A stretch of DNA of 62,269 bases, filler included. It is 4 parts of 4 records of this genome, joined end to end, with 100 filler letters (N's around TTAATTAATTAA, not from the genome) between each part and the next. Parts side by side here need not be neighbours in the genome. Positions count along the whole stretch, not along the records: positions 10,865 to 23,496 come from DRR378314_580; positions 23,597 to 52,705 come from DRR378314_582; 2 more parts are not named here. The stretch is one strand, 5' to 3'. This document shows positions 22,084 to 32,771 of this stretch, piece after piece. Both the position numbers and the translations under genes were made by a program. The notes beneath the pieces were generated by a model. It was not told the origin of the DNA, did no database searches, and saw only the letters and a program-made list of their open reading frames with translations. How positions within the stretch are numbered: the first letter of the stretch is position 1; every line of letters begins with the position of its first letter.

Positions 22084-22145
22084 GTTCACGACCGGCCCAG
22101 GGGGCTCCTCCGCACAGACCAGCACCGGTCGGACGGAGGAGACCC

Positions 22146-23057
22146 CTAGACTGCCGCGGCCAGTTTCTTGATTTCGCTTTCGAGATCCTTCATCCGCGCA
22201 TCGCTCTGCGTCAAGGATCGTTCAAAGAGGTCCAACGTCGCGATCAGCTTCTTGCTGTCTGGCGCTGTTTTGAGGTCTGTTGCACATTTATTACGAGCGC
22301 GCTGATAGTCATTCACCAGCTTTTTCAGCTGCTCGAGCTTCATCTGGCCAACCTTGAGCTGCGTCTGTCCGGTTTTCAGATCCCCGGATGCGGTCGCCAT
22401 GCCCTTCTTGTGTGCTTGCTGCACCGCCCTGTTCAATGCCGCCACTTTGGCGGCGTTGCGTTTGAAGAGTTTCTCCTCCAACAACTTCGGCAGATCCGCA
22501 TCCGAGGTCGCGCCCTTTGGCTCCGAGCTCAGCATCTTCTCAAGGATATTCTTGGACTGGATAGCATAGAACTTATCGCCCGGCTTCATCTTGCCTTCGT
22601 AACCGACTACCATCTTCAGATCGGCCCGGTGCTTCTTCAACGCCGCCAGCAGCGCGTCTGCCTCTTTCTTCTCGGCAGTGCCTTTGCCGCTGGCTTTGCT
22701 GAGGGGTTCGGTACCGTCATGCAGCTTGGCGAGATCAGCGTCCTGCGCCTTGGCGGTCGCAATCAGCGCCATCATCGCGTCCAGCGCGGCTTTCTGTGAA
22801 ACGACAGCCTTCTGCCATAAACCCAGACTGGCCTTGAAGCTCTTGTCCTTCTGCAGGTCAGCCAGCTTCTTTGATTTGATCCCACCCTCGCGCGCTTTGG
22901 CCAACGATTCGCGCAGCGTGTCCTCCGCGTCCCAGCACTTATCGAGGGCAGCAGCCATGGTCTTCTTAAGCCTTTCGGCGTCGGCCTTGGTCAATTTCTT
23001 CAACGCCGGCAGTACCTTCTTGTACCCGGCATGAATTTTCTGCAGTTCCTTGGACAT
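22146..23057 (-). CDS. Hypothetical Lys/Ala-rich helical protein (303 aa)
   Basis: Long ORF with a GGGGG purine tract upstream; no recognisable motif. Confidence 0.75.
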   Translation of the reverse strand: MSKELQKIHAGYKKVLPALKKLTKADAERLKKTMAAALDKCWDAEDTLRESLAKAREGGIKSKKLADLQKDKSFKASLGLWQKAVVSQKAALDAMMALIATAKAQDADLAKLHDGTEPLSKASGKGTAEKKEADALLAALKKHRADLKMVVGYEGKMKPGDKFYAIQSKNILEKMLSSEPKGATSDADLPKLLEEKLFKRNAAKVAALNRAVQQAHKKGMATASGDLKTGQTQLKVGQMKLEQLKKLVNDYQRARNKCATDLKTAPDSKKLIATLDLFERSLTQSDARMKDLESEIKKLAAAV

Positions 23058-23127
23058 GCCCTACCCCCGACAACACGCAACGCCATCCAGCGCGCGTTGA
23101 AAGTATGGCCCATCCCGGCTGACGCCC

Positions 23128-23162
23128 AAAACAAAAAACCCGCCCTGTTTCCAGGACGGGGT
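23128..23162 (-). terminator. Intrinsic terminator after rplQ
   Basis: Minus strand CCCGTCCTG-GAAA-CAGGGCGGG-TTTTTT. Confidence 0.85.
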
Positions 23163-23192
23163 AAAGTTTAACGGTCGGATGACCGCGAGATC

Positions 23193-23496
23193 TTATTCTT
23201 CGTCTGCGGCTTCGAACTCTGCCAGACGCGCCTTGTCGGCAGCACCTTTGGCAGCAGTGTCGCGGTCGACGAATTCGATGATCGCCATCGGCGCCATGTC
23301 ACCATAACGGAAACCGGCTTTCAGGATGCGGACGTAGCCACCCTGACGATCCTTGTAGCGCGGGCCCAGAACGTCGAACAGTTTCGCGACGTCTTTGTCC
23401 TGCTTCAGCTTGGACGCGGCCTGACGGCGGGCGTGGACATCGCCACGTTTCGCCAGCGTGATCATCTTCTCGATGATCGGGCGCAGTTCTTTTGCC
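23193..23496 (-). CDS. rplQ: 50S ribosomal protein L17, 5'-truncated
   Basis: [49 protein letters not shown] (alphaproteobacterial type). Confidence 0.96.
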
Positions 23497-23596
23497 NNNN
23501 NNNNNNNNNNNNNNNNNNNNNNNNNNNNNNNNNNNNNNNNTTAATTAATTAANNNNNNNNNNNNNNNNNNNNNNNNNNNNNNNNNNNNNNNNNNNN
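23497..23596. other. Artificial contig spacer
   Basis: N44-TTAATTAATTAA-N44. Confidence 0.97.
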
Positions 23597-23621
23597 GGTT
23601 CGAGTCCCGTCCGCTCCGCCA
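23597..23621 (+). tRNA. 3' end of a tRNA, probably tRNA-Asp (truncated)
   Basis: GGTTCGAGTCCCGTCCGCTCCGCCA = T arm, acceptor strand and CCA typical of gammaproteobacterial tRNA-Asp; anticodon not visible. Confidence 0.8.
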
Positions 23622-23725
23622 TTTTTCCTTCCGTTTGTTGCCTGCTTTCCTTGTCATTCCTGGTTCATCTCCGCGTAACATTCGGCATGTTATCGTTTTC
23701 CTGTTTGAAATTTGGGAGACGAAAG

Positions 23726-23812
23726 ATGTCCGATTACGAAGAAGACCTGATAGACCGTCAGTTTGAAGATTATGATGACGATGACGCTCTGGACGATGCC
23801 ACTGAACTTTAG
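23726..23812 (+). CDS. Putative 28-aa acidic microprotein MSDYEEDLIDRQFEDYDDDDALDDATEL
   Basis: GGGAG SD 7 nt upstream of the ATG; 14 of 28 residues are D/E; fills the tRNA-AraC gap. Confidence 0.6.
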   Translation: MSDYEEDLIDRQFEDYDDDDALDDATEL

Positions 23813-23827
23813 CCTCAGCGCTGGCGT

Positions 23828-24886
23828 TTAGAGAATGCCTTTAGTTGCCTGTTCGGCCAGGTATTGTTTTCTGTGTTCCCCCGGGCTGGTTTCGAACCAG
23901 CGACGCCACGCCTTGTGAAATGCTGCCGGATTGGCAAAACCCAGTAGCCACGCGACTTCCGACAGCGACACCCGTGTTTCCCGGATGTATTCGACGGCCA
24001 GTTTCCGGCGAGTGTCATCCACCAGTTCCCGAAAGCCGGTTTTTTCCTCCGCCAGTTGCCTTTGAAGCGTCCAGGGGGCGACACCAAGCTTATGGGCGAC
24101 GGCTGTAAGGGCTGGGGTACCTCCCTGCAGCAATGGTGGGAGCGTGTCCTTCACCCGGTCGGCCGTACTCCACCCGGCGCGAATTCGTGACAGTTCCGAC
24201 TCGCACTGCCGCGATAGTGACTCAAACATGGCCGGCTGGGCTTGCAGCGAGGCAGCTTCCACGATCCCCGGGGCCAGTTTAAGGCTGTTGCCTTCGGCGC
24301 CAAATCTCACCGGACACCCAAACCACTGCTCAAACACGTCGTCATGCCCTTGGGATGGGTATTCTATGGTGACGCGTTCAATAACCCTGTGTTGGCCGCT
24401 AACGAGCCTCAGAAACTGTACCCAGGCAGCCAGGACTGAATCCACCACAAAAAAATTGAACGCGTTGTAGGGCTTGATCGAGTAAAAATGTACATCCCGC
24501 CCCTGGTTGGCGGTCCAGGGTACGCCGCGGCTATTGCGGCTGGTAAGCAGGGCGTAGTGGATCAGGGTGCGGATAGCTTCGCCGGTGGTTGCTGCGGATT
24601 GAGCGGCAAGCCCGGCAATACCGGCATCTACGGGGCGCGACAACTGCCCCATGGTCAGCCCGAACGTGGGGTTGCCGGTCAGAGTTATGGCGGCCTGGCC
24701 CATTCTCATGAATCTCGGGATGCTGATGCGTGCCTCTGGCGCTACCAGTGCCTCTTCGCTGAGCCCGAACCGACCCAGCAGGTCCGCAGGTTCCCGGCCT
24801 TCGGTGCGAAGCGCCCGAGCCATAACAGCAACGTAGAGCACGCTGATGTCACCGAGGGGATTCGTTTGTCTGGTGTTGGGTTTCAT
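23828..24886 (-). CDS. AraC-family transcriptional regulator (OruR/arabinose-binding-2 type)
   Basis: C-terminal double HTH: LTAVAHKLGVAPWTLQRQL..LSEVAWLLGFANPAAFHKAWRRWFETSPG. Confidence 0.92.
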   Translation of the reverse strand: MKPNTRQTNPLGDISVLYVAVMARALRTEGREPADLLGRFGLSEEALVAPEARISIPRFMRMGQAAITLTGNPTFGLTMGQLSRPVDAGIAGLAAQSAATTGEAIRTLIHYALLTSRNSRGVPWTANQGRDVHFYSIKPYNAFNFFVVDSVLAAWVQFLRLVSGQHRVIERVTIEYPSQGHDDVFEQWFGCPVRFGAEGNSLKLAPGIVEAASLQAQPAMFESLSRQCESELSRIRAGWSTADRVKDTLPPLLQGGTPALTAVAHKLGVAPWTLQRQLAEEKTGFRELVDDTRRKLAVEYIRETRVSLSEVAWLLGFANPAAFHKAWRRWFETSPGEHRKQYLAEQATKGIL

Positions 24887-25004
24887 GGTGTCATTATTGT
24901 CCGACAAGTTGCCATAGGATATCAAATTGTTGTCTGGGGATATTGTCTGAGAAGGGCCGGGTGGATAACTTAGAGCGCAGTTCACGGCACTGCCGACCCA
25001 ATAA

Positions 25005-27083
<2,079 letters not shown>

Positions 27084-27297
27084 GCGGCACGCGCTTGAGG
27101 ACTCTGATCACAAAACGTTGCAGTTTTACTCTGTCCACCAGGCTCTGACCCGCTAGACTATTATCCGGAAGTCTGTCAGTTTGAATCCGGCCTTGCACAC
27201 GTTGCAGGGCCGGTTTCTGGTGTCTGACCGCAAAACGGAACGCCGCCAAGGCGTTTACCGTGTAACGGTCAGGTTTTCGGAACGTGGGGAGTCTGCA

Positions 27298-28548
27298 ATG
27301 GGGTCTGCCGACCAGGCAAGCGATGGTTATTCGGCGGTGTTTTTCATGGACGGCAGTGATGTGTCGCGCCAGATGCGTGCGTCTGAGTTTGGTGCCTTTC
27401 TCGACGGCTATGTGGGCCTGTCCGATCTGGCGGATACCGATGTAAAAGCAGTTTATGTGCTGCTTGGTAACGACCTCCTGGTGCGTTCCCTGGTTTTTTT
27501 CCGGATTTACTTTGATGAGGAGGGCCGGGCCGACAGCCACTGGAATCTGCCCGTGGAAAAGCTGGCGCGGAAAGGTGCCAAGGGGCCGGACATGGGCGCA
27601 GGCCCGATTCGGCTGGTCTGCCGCAGCCAGTGCCCGAAGTCCGCCAGTGCGGAAGATCTCTGGGACCCGGATATGTCGCCGGGAAGCAACCATTTCCAGG
27701 CTATCCGCCGCGCGGTGGATGCCAATAAGCTGAAGTTCCGGAAAGTGGAGCCTGCTCCGGAAGAGAATATTCCCATCCTGGGGGCTGAGTCTCGGTCACC
27801 CGAGGACCCCGAGATTTCGGCGGACCGCGTGCGTCTGGCCCGTGTCATCCGGGAGCAGCGGCTTCGCATCAAGACACTGCAAAGTGTTCATCGCGATGCG
27901 CTGTCCGACCTGCAGCGGGAAAATCGCCACGAAATGCAGGCCCTGCGCAATGAAACCGCCGAGCTCCAGCAAAAATACGAACGCCAGAAGCTCAGCAATG
28001 AGCAGTTAAAAAAACGTCTGGCTGAGCGTAATGAGCAGTACCTGGTGATGCAGGAGCAGATCGCCAATGGCGAGGCCCGCAAGGAGCAGCAAGGCGCCAC
28101 GGCGGATGCCGAGGTGGTGTTGCTGCGGGAGCAGTTGGAGCGTCGTCAGCGTGAACTGGAGCTGAGGGATGAAAAGATCGTCGTGCTGGAGCAGGAAAAT
28201 TACGACCTGCGACATCAGACGCCGACCGAAAACTCAGTGATGGAGCAACTGCAAAACCATTCGGTCTTTCTGGTGGCCTATCACGCCGGAGTGGGCCACA
28301 TTACCCTGCCTTACGATGATATCGAAGCCTATTTCCGCAACCCTGTGGCGTATGCCGCCGAACGCTGTGGTCTCAACGAGCCTGCCTACCGGCAGTGGCT
28401 TGATCACTATGAGAACCCGGTCTGTCACCATAAGAACGCCAAAGGTAAGACTTGCGGTGAGCCCGTGATGCGTGTCAGTCAGCCGGCTGAATTCCGGGCC
28501 GATGTGGATGACCGCTGCGAGCAGCATCAGCCAAAAGACTCGAACTGA
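27298..28548 (+). CDS. Conserved hypothetical protein with a central coiled coil and a Cys/His-containing C-terminus
   Basis: GGGGAG RBS; long E/Q/R/L heptad region; C..C..C..C-H tail. Confidence 0.8.
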   Translation: MGSADQASDGYSAVFFMDGSDVSRQMRASEFGAFLDGYVGLSDLADTDVKAVYVLLGNDLLVRSLVFFRIYFDEEGRADSHWNLPVEKLARKGAKGPDMGAGPIRLVCRSQCPKSASAEDLWDPDMSPGSNHFQAIRRAVDANKLKFRKVEPAPEENIPILGAESRSPEDPEISADRVRLARVIREQRLRIKTLQSVHRDALSDLQRENRHEMQALRNETAELQQKYERQKLSNEQLKKRLAERNEQYLVMQEQIANGEARKEQQGATADAEVVLLREQLERRQRELELRDEKIVVLEQENYDLRHQTPTENSVMEQLQNHSVFLVAYHAGVGHITLPYDDIEAYFRNPVAYAAERCGLNEPAYRQWLDHYENPVCHHKNAKGKTCGEPVMRVSQPAEFRADVDDRCEQHQPKDSN

Positions 28549-28681
28549 CCCGGCGATCCCATCCCCCCTGCAGGATCTTTTTTCAGAATCGGGGCGTATT
28601 TCGTTACTATGGACGCTGAAATGCCCCCGGGTGATGAATCAGCTCCGCCCCGGCCCAATACAGACACCCACAGGAAGCTAC

Positions 28682-29566
28682 ATGGATCAATTCAGAAACA
28701 TTGGCGTGATTGGCCGAATGGGCAGCGTTAAGGTGGTCGAATCGCTGCGTCAGCTCAAACAGTATCTGGTGAACCACAACTACCACGTGATCATTGAGGA
28801 AGACACCGCCAGCATGTTGCCGGGCCATGGTCTCCAGGTGGCCAGCAAGAAGCTGTTGGGGGAGATCTGTGATCTGGTCATCGTGGTCGGGGGCGATGGC
28901 AGCCTGCTGGGCGCGGCGCGGGAGCTCGCCAAATCCAAGATTCCGCTGTTGGGTGTGAACCGTGGACGCCTGGGTTTCCTCACCGACATTTCGCCATCCG
29001 ACCTTGAGGAGCGCCTGGGTAAGGTTCTGCAGGGAGAGTACATTGAAGAGACGCGCTTCCTGCTGGACGGGCACGTGGAACGTAACGGCCAGCCCCTGGG
29101 CTTTGGAACGGCGCTGAATGATGTGGTGCTTCACCCCGGCAAATCCACCCGGATGATCGGTTTCGATCTGTATATCGACGGACATTTCGTATACAGCCAG
29201 CGGTCAGACGGGCTTATTGTAGCCACACCAACCGGGTCGACTGCCTACTCGTTGTCGGCAGGTGGGCCCATCATGCACCCGAAGCTCGATGCCGTTGTGC
29301 TGGTGCCCATGTTTCCGCACACGTTGAGCAGCCGCCCGATCGTGGTGGATGGCAAGAGCGAGATCAAACTGGTGATCGGTGAAACCAACGAAACCTATCC
29401 GCAGATCAGTTTCGACGGGCAGATGAACATCGCCTGTGCGCCCGGCGACATCATCCGGATCACCAAGAAGCCATTCAAGATTCGCCTGATTCACCCCGCG
29501 GATCACAATTTTTACGCCACATGCCGGGACAAGCTGGGCTGGGCCAGTGAAATAGCAGCGAGTTAA
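28682..29566 (+). CDS. nadK: NAD(+) kinase
   Basis: GGDGSLL, GVNRGRLGFLTD, LNDVV, ATPTGSTAYSLSAGGPI. Confidence 0.96.
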   Translation: MDQFRNIGVIGRMGSVKVVESLRQLKQYLVNHNYHVIIEEDTASMLPGHGLQVASKKLLGEICDLVIVVGGDGSLLGAARELAKSKIPLLGVNRGRLGFLTDISPSDLEERLGKVLQGEYIEETRFLLDGHVERNGQPLGFGTALNDVVLHPGKSTRMIGFDLYIDGHFVYSQRSDGLIVATPTGSTAYSLSAGGPIMHPKLDAVVLVPMFPHTLSSRPIVVDGKSEIKLVIGETNETYPQISFDGQMNIACAPGDIIRITKKPFKIRLIHPADHNFYATCRDKLGWASEIAAS

Positions 29567-29570
29567 CAAC

Positions 29571-30584
29571 ATGGCAGGACAGGCAAGATCCGCGAGCCGC
29601 GGCTACGATATTATCGGCGATATTCACGGATGCGCTCATACCCTGGTCCGGCTGCTCGACCGGATGGGCTACCGCAAGATAAACGGTGTTTATGAGCACC
29701 CTCGGCGCCAGGCTATCTTCATTGGTGACATTATTGACCGGGGACCCCGCATCCGTGAGGCCCTGCATCTGGTCAGGGATATGGTCGAGCATGGTTCCGC
29801 CCGCATCGTCATGGGGAACCATGAGTACAACGCCCTTGGCTACTGCACCCGTGCCCGGCCGGGCAGTGGCAAGACGTTCCTGCGTGAGCACAACGCCCGC
29901 CACGACCGGTTGATTCACGAAACACTAGAGCAATTCGAACATCATCCTCACGAATGGAACGAATTTCTGGAATGGTTCTACACCATCCCCCTGTTCATCG
30001 ATGAGCCGGATTTCCGCGCGGTGCATGCGTGTTGGGACAGCGACCTGATCACGAAATTCAAGGATAGTCAGGGTGGCGCCTGTATCGATGACGATTTCCT
30101 CCATGCATCCGCGGCGATCGAGTCGTTTGCCGGTCAGGTTATGGACACGCTGCTGCGAGGCACCGATCTGCGGTTGCCACGGGGTGTGAAGATTACTGGC
30201 AAGGACGGTTATGTCAGGGAGTTTTTCCGCACCAAGTTCTGGGCCGACAACCCGGAAACCTATGCCGACGTGGTGTTCCAACCGGACCCCTTGCCGCAAG
30301 AGGTGGCCCGCCGAGAACTGACTGAAGTCGAACGCAGCCAACTGATCAGCTATCCCGCTTCGGCCCCACCGGTTTTCGTGGGGCACTACTGGATGGAAGG
30401 TGAGCCGGCACCGCTGAAACACAATGTGGCCTGTATCGACTTCAGTGCCGTCAAATACGGCAAGCTTGTGGCGTATCGACTGGATGGCGAGCGCACCCTT
30501 TCTCGTGACAAATTTGTCTGGGTGGATGTTGAACGGCCGGAACAGCCGGATTACCCCACCAGCGAAGACAGCGTGGCGAGGTAG
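29571..30584 (+). CDS. Metallophosphoesterase (PPP/ApaH-like)
   Basis: GDIHG, GDIIDRGP, MGNHE, GHYW. Confidence 0.9.
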   Translation: MAGQARSASRGYDIIGDIHGCAHTLVRLLDRMGYRKINGVYEHPRRQAIFIGDIIDRGPRIREALHLVRDMVEHGSARIVMGNHEYNALGYCTRARPGSGKTFLREHNARHDRLIHETLEQFEHHPHEWNEFLEWFYTIPLFIDEPDFRAVHACWDSDLITKFKDSQGGACIDDDFLHASAAIESFAGQVMDTLLRGTDLRLPRGVKITGKDGYVREFFRTKFWADNPETYADVVFQPDPLPQEVARRELTEVERSQLISYPASAPPVFVGHYWMEGEPAPLKHNVACIDFSAVKYGKLVAYRLDGERTLSRDKFVWVDVERPEQPDYPTSEDSVAR

Positions 30585-30587
30585 CCT

Positions 30588-31463
30588 TTGTACCGCATCA
30601 AACAGATTGACACCGACATCGACCTGACCGGCTTCAGTCGTTGGCTGAAGGAGCAGGGGGTGGGGCACAGGATCGCCGAAGAGGGCGACTTTCAGGTGTT
30701 GTGGCTTGAAAATCCCGAGCACACAGAGCCGGTGTTGCAAGCCCTGGAACGGTTTCTGAATGAACCCAGCGTGCAGAACGCTGTCAATACGACGGCACAG
30801 TCTCCGGTGTTTGTAGGCGGGCGTTGGCAGCCATCGCCACGTCACGCGCCGATGGTACTGGCCACGATTGCCTTGGCGGTGTTGGTGGCCTGGATCACAG
30901 CGATGGGGCAGAACCAACTGTCCACCCTGCTGATGTTTGTTGACCCCCGGTTCTATGACCTTGGCACCATGGCGGATCGCCTCCAGGCACTGTCTTCAAC
31001 CTTGTCCGGTGGACAGGTCTGGCGCCTGATTACCCCGGATTTCCTGCATTTCAGTTGGACTCACATCATCTTCAATTCGGTCATGTTGTGGTTCCTGGGC
31101 AGTCAGGTTGAGTGGTTTGATGGCCGCGCCCGTTTGTTCGTGCTGTTTTTGGCGACCAGTCTGCTGTCCAACGGGTTGCAGTACATCGTCAGTGGGCCGT
31201 TGTTTGGAGGGCTGTCCGGGGTTGTCTATGGCGTTCTTGGCTATTGCTGGCTGAGCCAACGGCGAGTGCCCCGTTTTCAGTTTCCACCCGCTCTGGTGAC
31301 GTTTGCCGTGGCCTGGATGGTGATTGGTTTTACCCCGTTTACCGAGATGGTGGGATTGGGGCGGATGGCAAACGAAGCGCATCTGGGCGGTTTTGTGGCT
31401 GGTCTTGCCATGGCGGCGATTTTGCCGGTACCAAAAAAAGCCCCGCGAAATCGCGGGGCATGA
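30588..31463 (+). CDS. Rhomboid intramembrane serine protease (GlpG-like)
   Basis: WRLITPDFLHF..HIIFN, GGLSGVVYG, AHLGG; TTG start. Confidence 0.92.
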   Translation: MYRIKQIDTDIDLTGFSRWLKEQGVGHRIAEEGDFQVLWLENPEHTEPVLQALERFLNEPSVQNAVNTTAQSPVFVGGRWQPSPRHAPMVLATIALAVLVAWITAMGQNQLSTLLMFVDPRFYDLGTMADRLQALSSTLSGGQVWRLITPDFLHFSWTHIIFNSVMLWFLGSQVEWFDGRARLFVLFLATSLLSNGLQYIVSGPLFGGLSGVVYGVLGYCWLSQRRVPRFQFPPALVTFAVAWMVIGFTPFTEMVGLGRMANEAHLGGFVAGLAMAAILPVPKKAPRNRGA

Positions 31464-31521
31464 AAAGAGCGTATAGCTCCTGATGAGAGAGACCAAATGA
31501 ATACGACCTTCGTCATTTGGT
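31433..31521 (-). ncRNA. Putative Fur-repressed PrrF-like small RNA (~89 nt)
   Basis: Own promoter overlapped by a Fur box, 5' hairpin, single-stranded CUCUCUCAUCAGG core, minus-strand terminator GCCCCGCG-ATTT-CGCGGGGC-T7; no ORF. Confidence 0.8.
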
Positions 31522-31523
31522 GA

Positions 31524-31542
31524 GTTAATGATAATCATTATC
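31524..31542. promoter_or_regulatory. Fur box, 18/19 match to consensus
   Basis: GTTAATGATAATCATTATC versus GATAATGATAATCATTATC; overlaps the -10 of the minus-strand promoter TTGACA(31557-31552)-18-TATCAT(31533-31528). Confidence 0.92.
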
Positions 31543-31602
31543 GTTTGCTATTGTCAACGGTTTTCCCCCTATTTTTTTGCGAGCGAATGACTGGAGAGTG
31601 AC

Positions 31603-31902
31603 ATGACTTACGAAGAGCTGATCAAACGGCTGGATCCGGCGGTTTATCAGAGCCTCAAGCGCGCCCTGGAACTTGGCAAATGGCCGGATGGTCGCAAACT
31701 GAGCGACGAGCAACGGTCTGTTTGTATGGAGGCCGTTATCTATTACGAAGATCATCACAACACACCGCTCGAAGAACGCGTAGGGTATCTGGACCGTGGT
31801 GTAAAGGCAGGAACCGCGTGTGATCCCAGCGTGTCACGCACGGCCGGGAAGTCGTCAAACGGTTCGGCCGGCTCGGATCAGTACTTTGAGGTGAAGTCTT
31901 GA
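31603..31902 (+). CDS. yeaC: YeaC/DUF1315 family protein
   Basis: VYQSLKRALELGKWPDGRKLSDEQ..CMEAVI motif. Confidence 0.85.
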   Translation: MTYEELIKRLDPAVYQSLKRALELGKWPDGRKLSDEQRSVCMEAVIYYEDHHNTPLEERVGYLDRGVKAGTACDPSVSRTAGKSSNGSAGSDQYFEVKS

Positions 31903-32741
31903 CTGCACTGGTCGACGTGACCGGCCGTCTGCGCAAGATGCCTGCGGAGCCGGGTGATCCGGTCAGCTATACCCTACGGGTGGGCGATACCCGCATACCG
32001 CTGAATGAGATGGTGGGCCGCCCATTGCAGTTTGATTTTGAAGGCGTGATACGCTGCATAAACTGCGACCGTAAGACCAACAAAAGTTTCAGCCAGGGCT
32101 ACTGCTTTCCCTGTTTTCGTAAGCTGGCTGCCTGCGACACCTGCATCATGAGTCCGGAGAAGTGTCATTACCACGAGGGCACCTGCCGAGAGCCAGAGTG
32201 GGGGGAGACCCACTGCATGATTGAACATGTGGTGTATCTGGCCAATTCGTCCGGTCTCAAGGTGGGTATAACCCGAGGTTCCCAGGTGCCAACCCGCTGG
32301 ATTGACCAGGGGGCCGTCGACGCCATCCCGATGGTCAGGGTTGCCACTCGACAGTTGGCGGGTTTTGTTGAGGTGGCGTGTAAAAAATACGTCGCGGATC
32401 GCACCAACTGGCGCGCGATGCTGAAGGGGGATGTGCCGGAACTGGATCTGGTTGAGGAACGTCGTCGCATGCTGGAACAGATTGCCGACGATCTGTCGGA
32501 GTTGCGAATCGCCCACGGCGAGCAGAGTATCCGGGCTGTCGATGAGGACGGCCTGGCACTGAGTTACCCGGTCCAGGTGTGGCCCGAAAAGGTAAAAACC
32601 CATAATCTGGACAAAGCGCCCACGGCGGAGGGGGTGCTCCAGGGCATCAAAGGGCAGTACCTGATCCTGGACACTGGCGTTATCAACATCCGTAAATACA
32701 CCGGTTACGAAGTCCGCTTCCGGGTCTTCCCGAACCACTGA
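31899..32741 (+). CDS. DUF2797 family protein
   Basis: CINC..KSFSQGYCFPC, VYLANSSGLKVGITR..TRWIDQGA, GIKGQYL. Confidence 0.85.
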   Translation: MTALVDVTGRLRKMPAEPGDPVSYTLRVGDTRIPLNEMVGRPLQFDFEGVIRCINCDRKTNKSFSQGYCFPCFRKLAACDTCIMSPEKCHYHEGTCREPEWGETHCMIEHVVYLANSSGLKVGITRGSQVPTRWIDQGAVDAIPMVRVATRQLAGFVEVACKKYVADRTNWRAMLKGDVPELDLVEERRRMLEQIADDLSELRIAHGEQSIRAVDEDGLALSYPVQVWPEKVKTHNLDKAPTAEGVLQGIKGQYLILDTGVINIRKYTGYEVRFRVFPNH

Positions 32742-32771
32742 ACCCGGTCCAACGAATTCTGGAGAGAGTGA

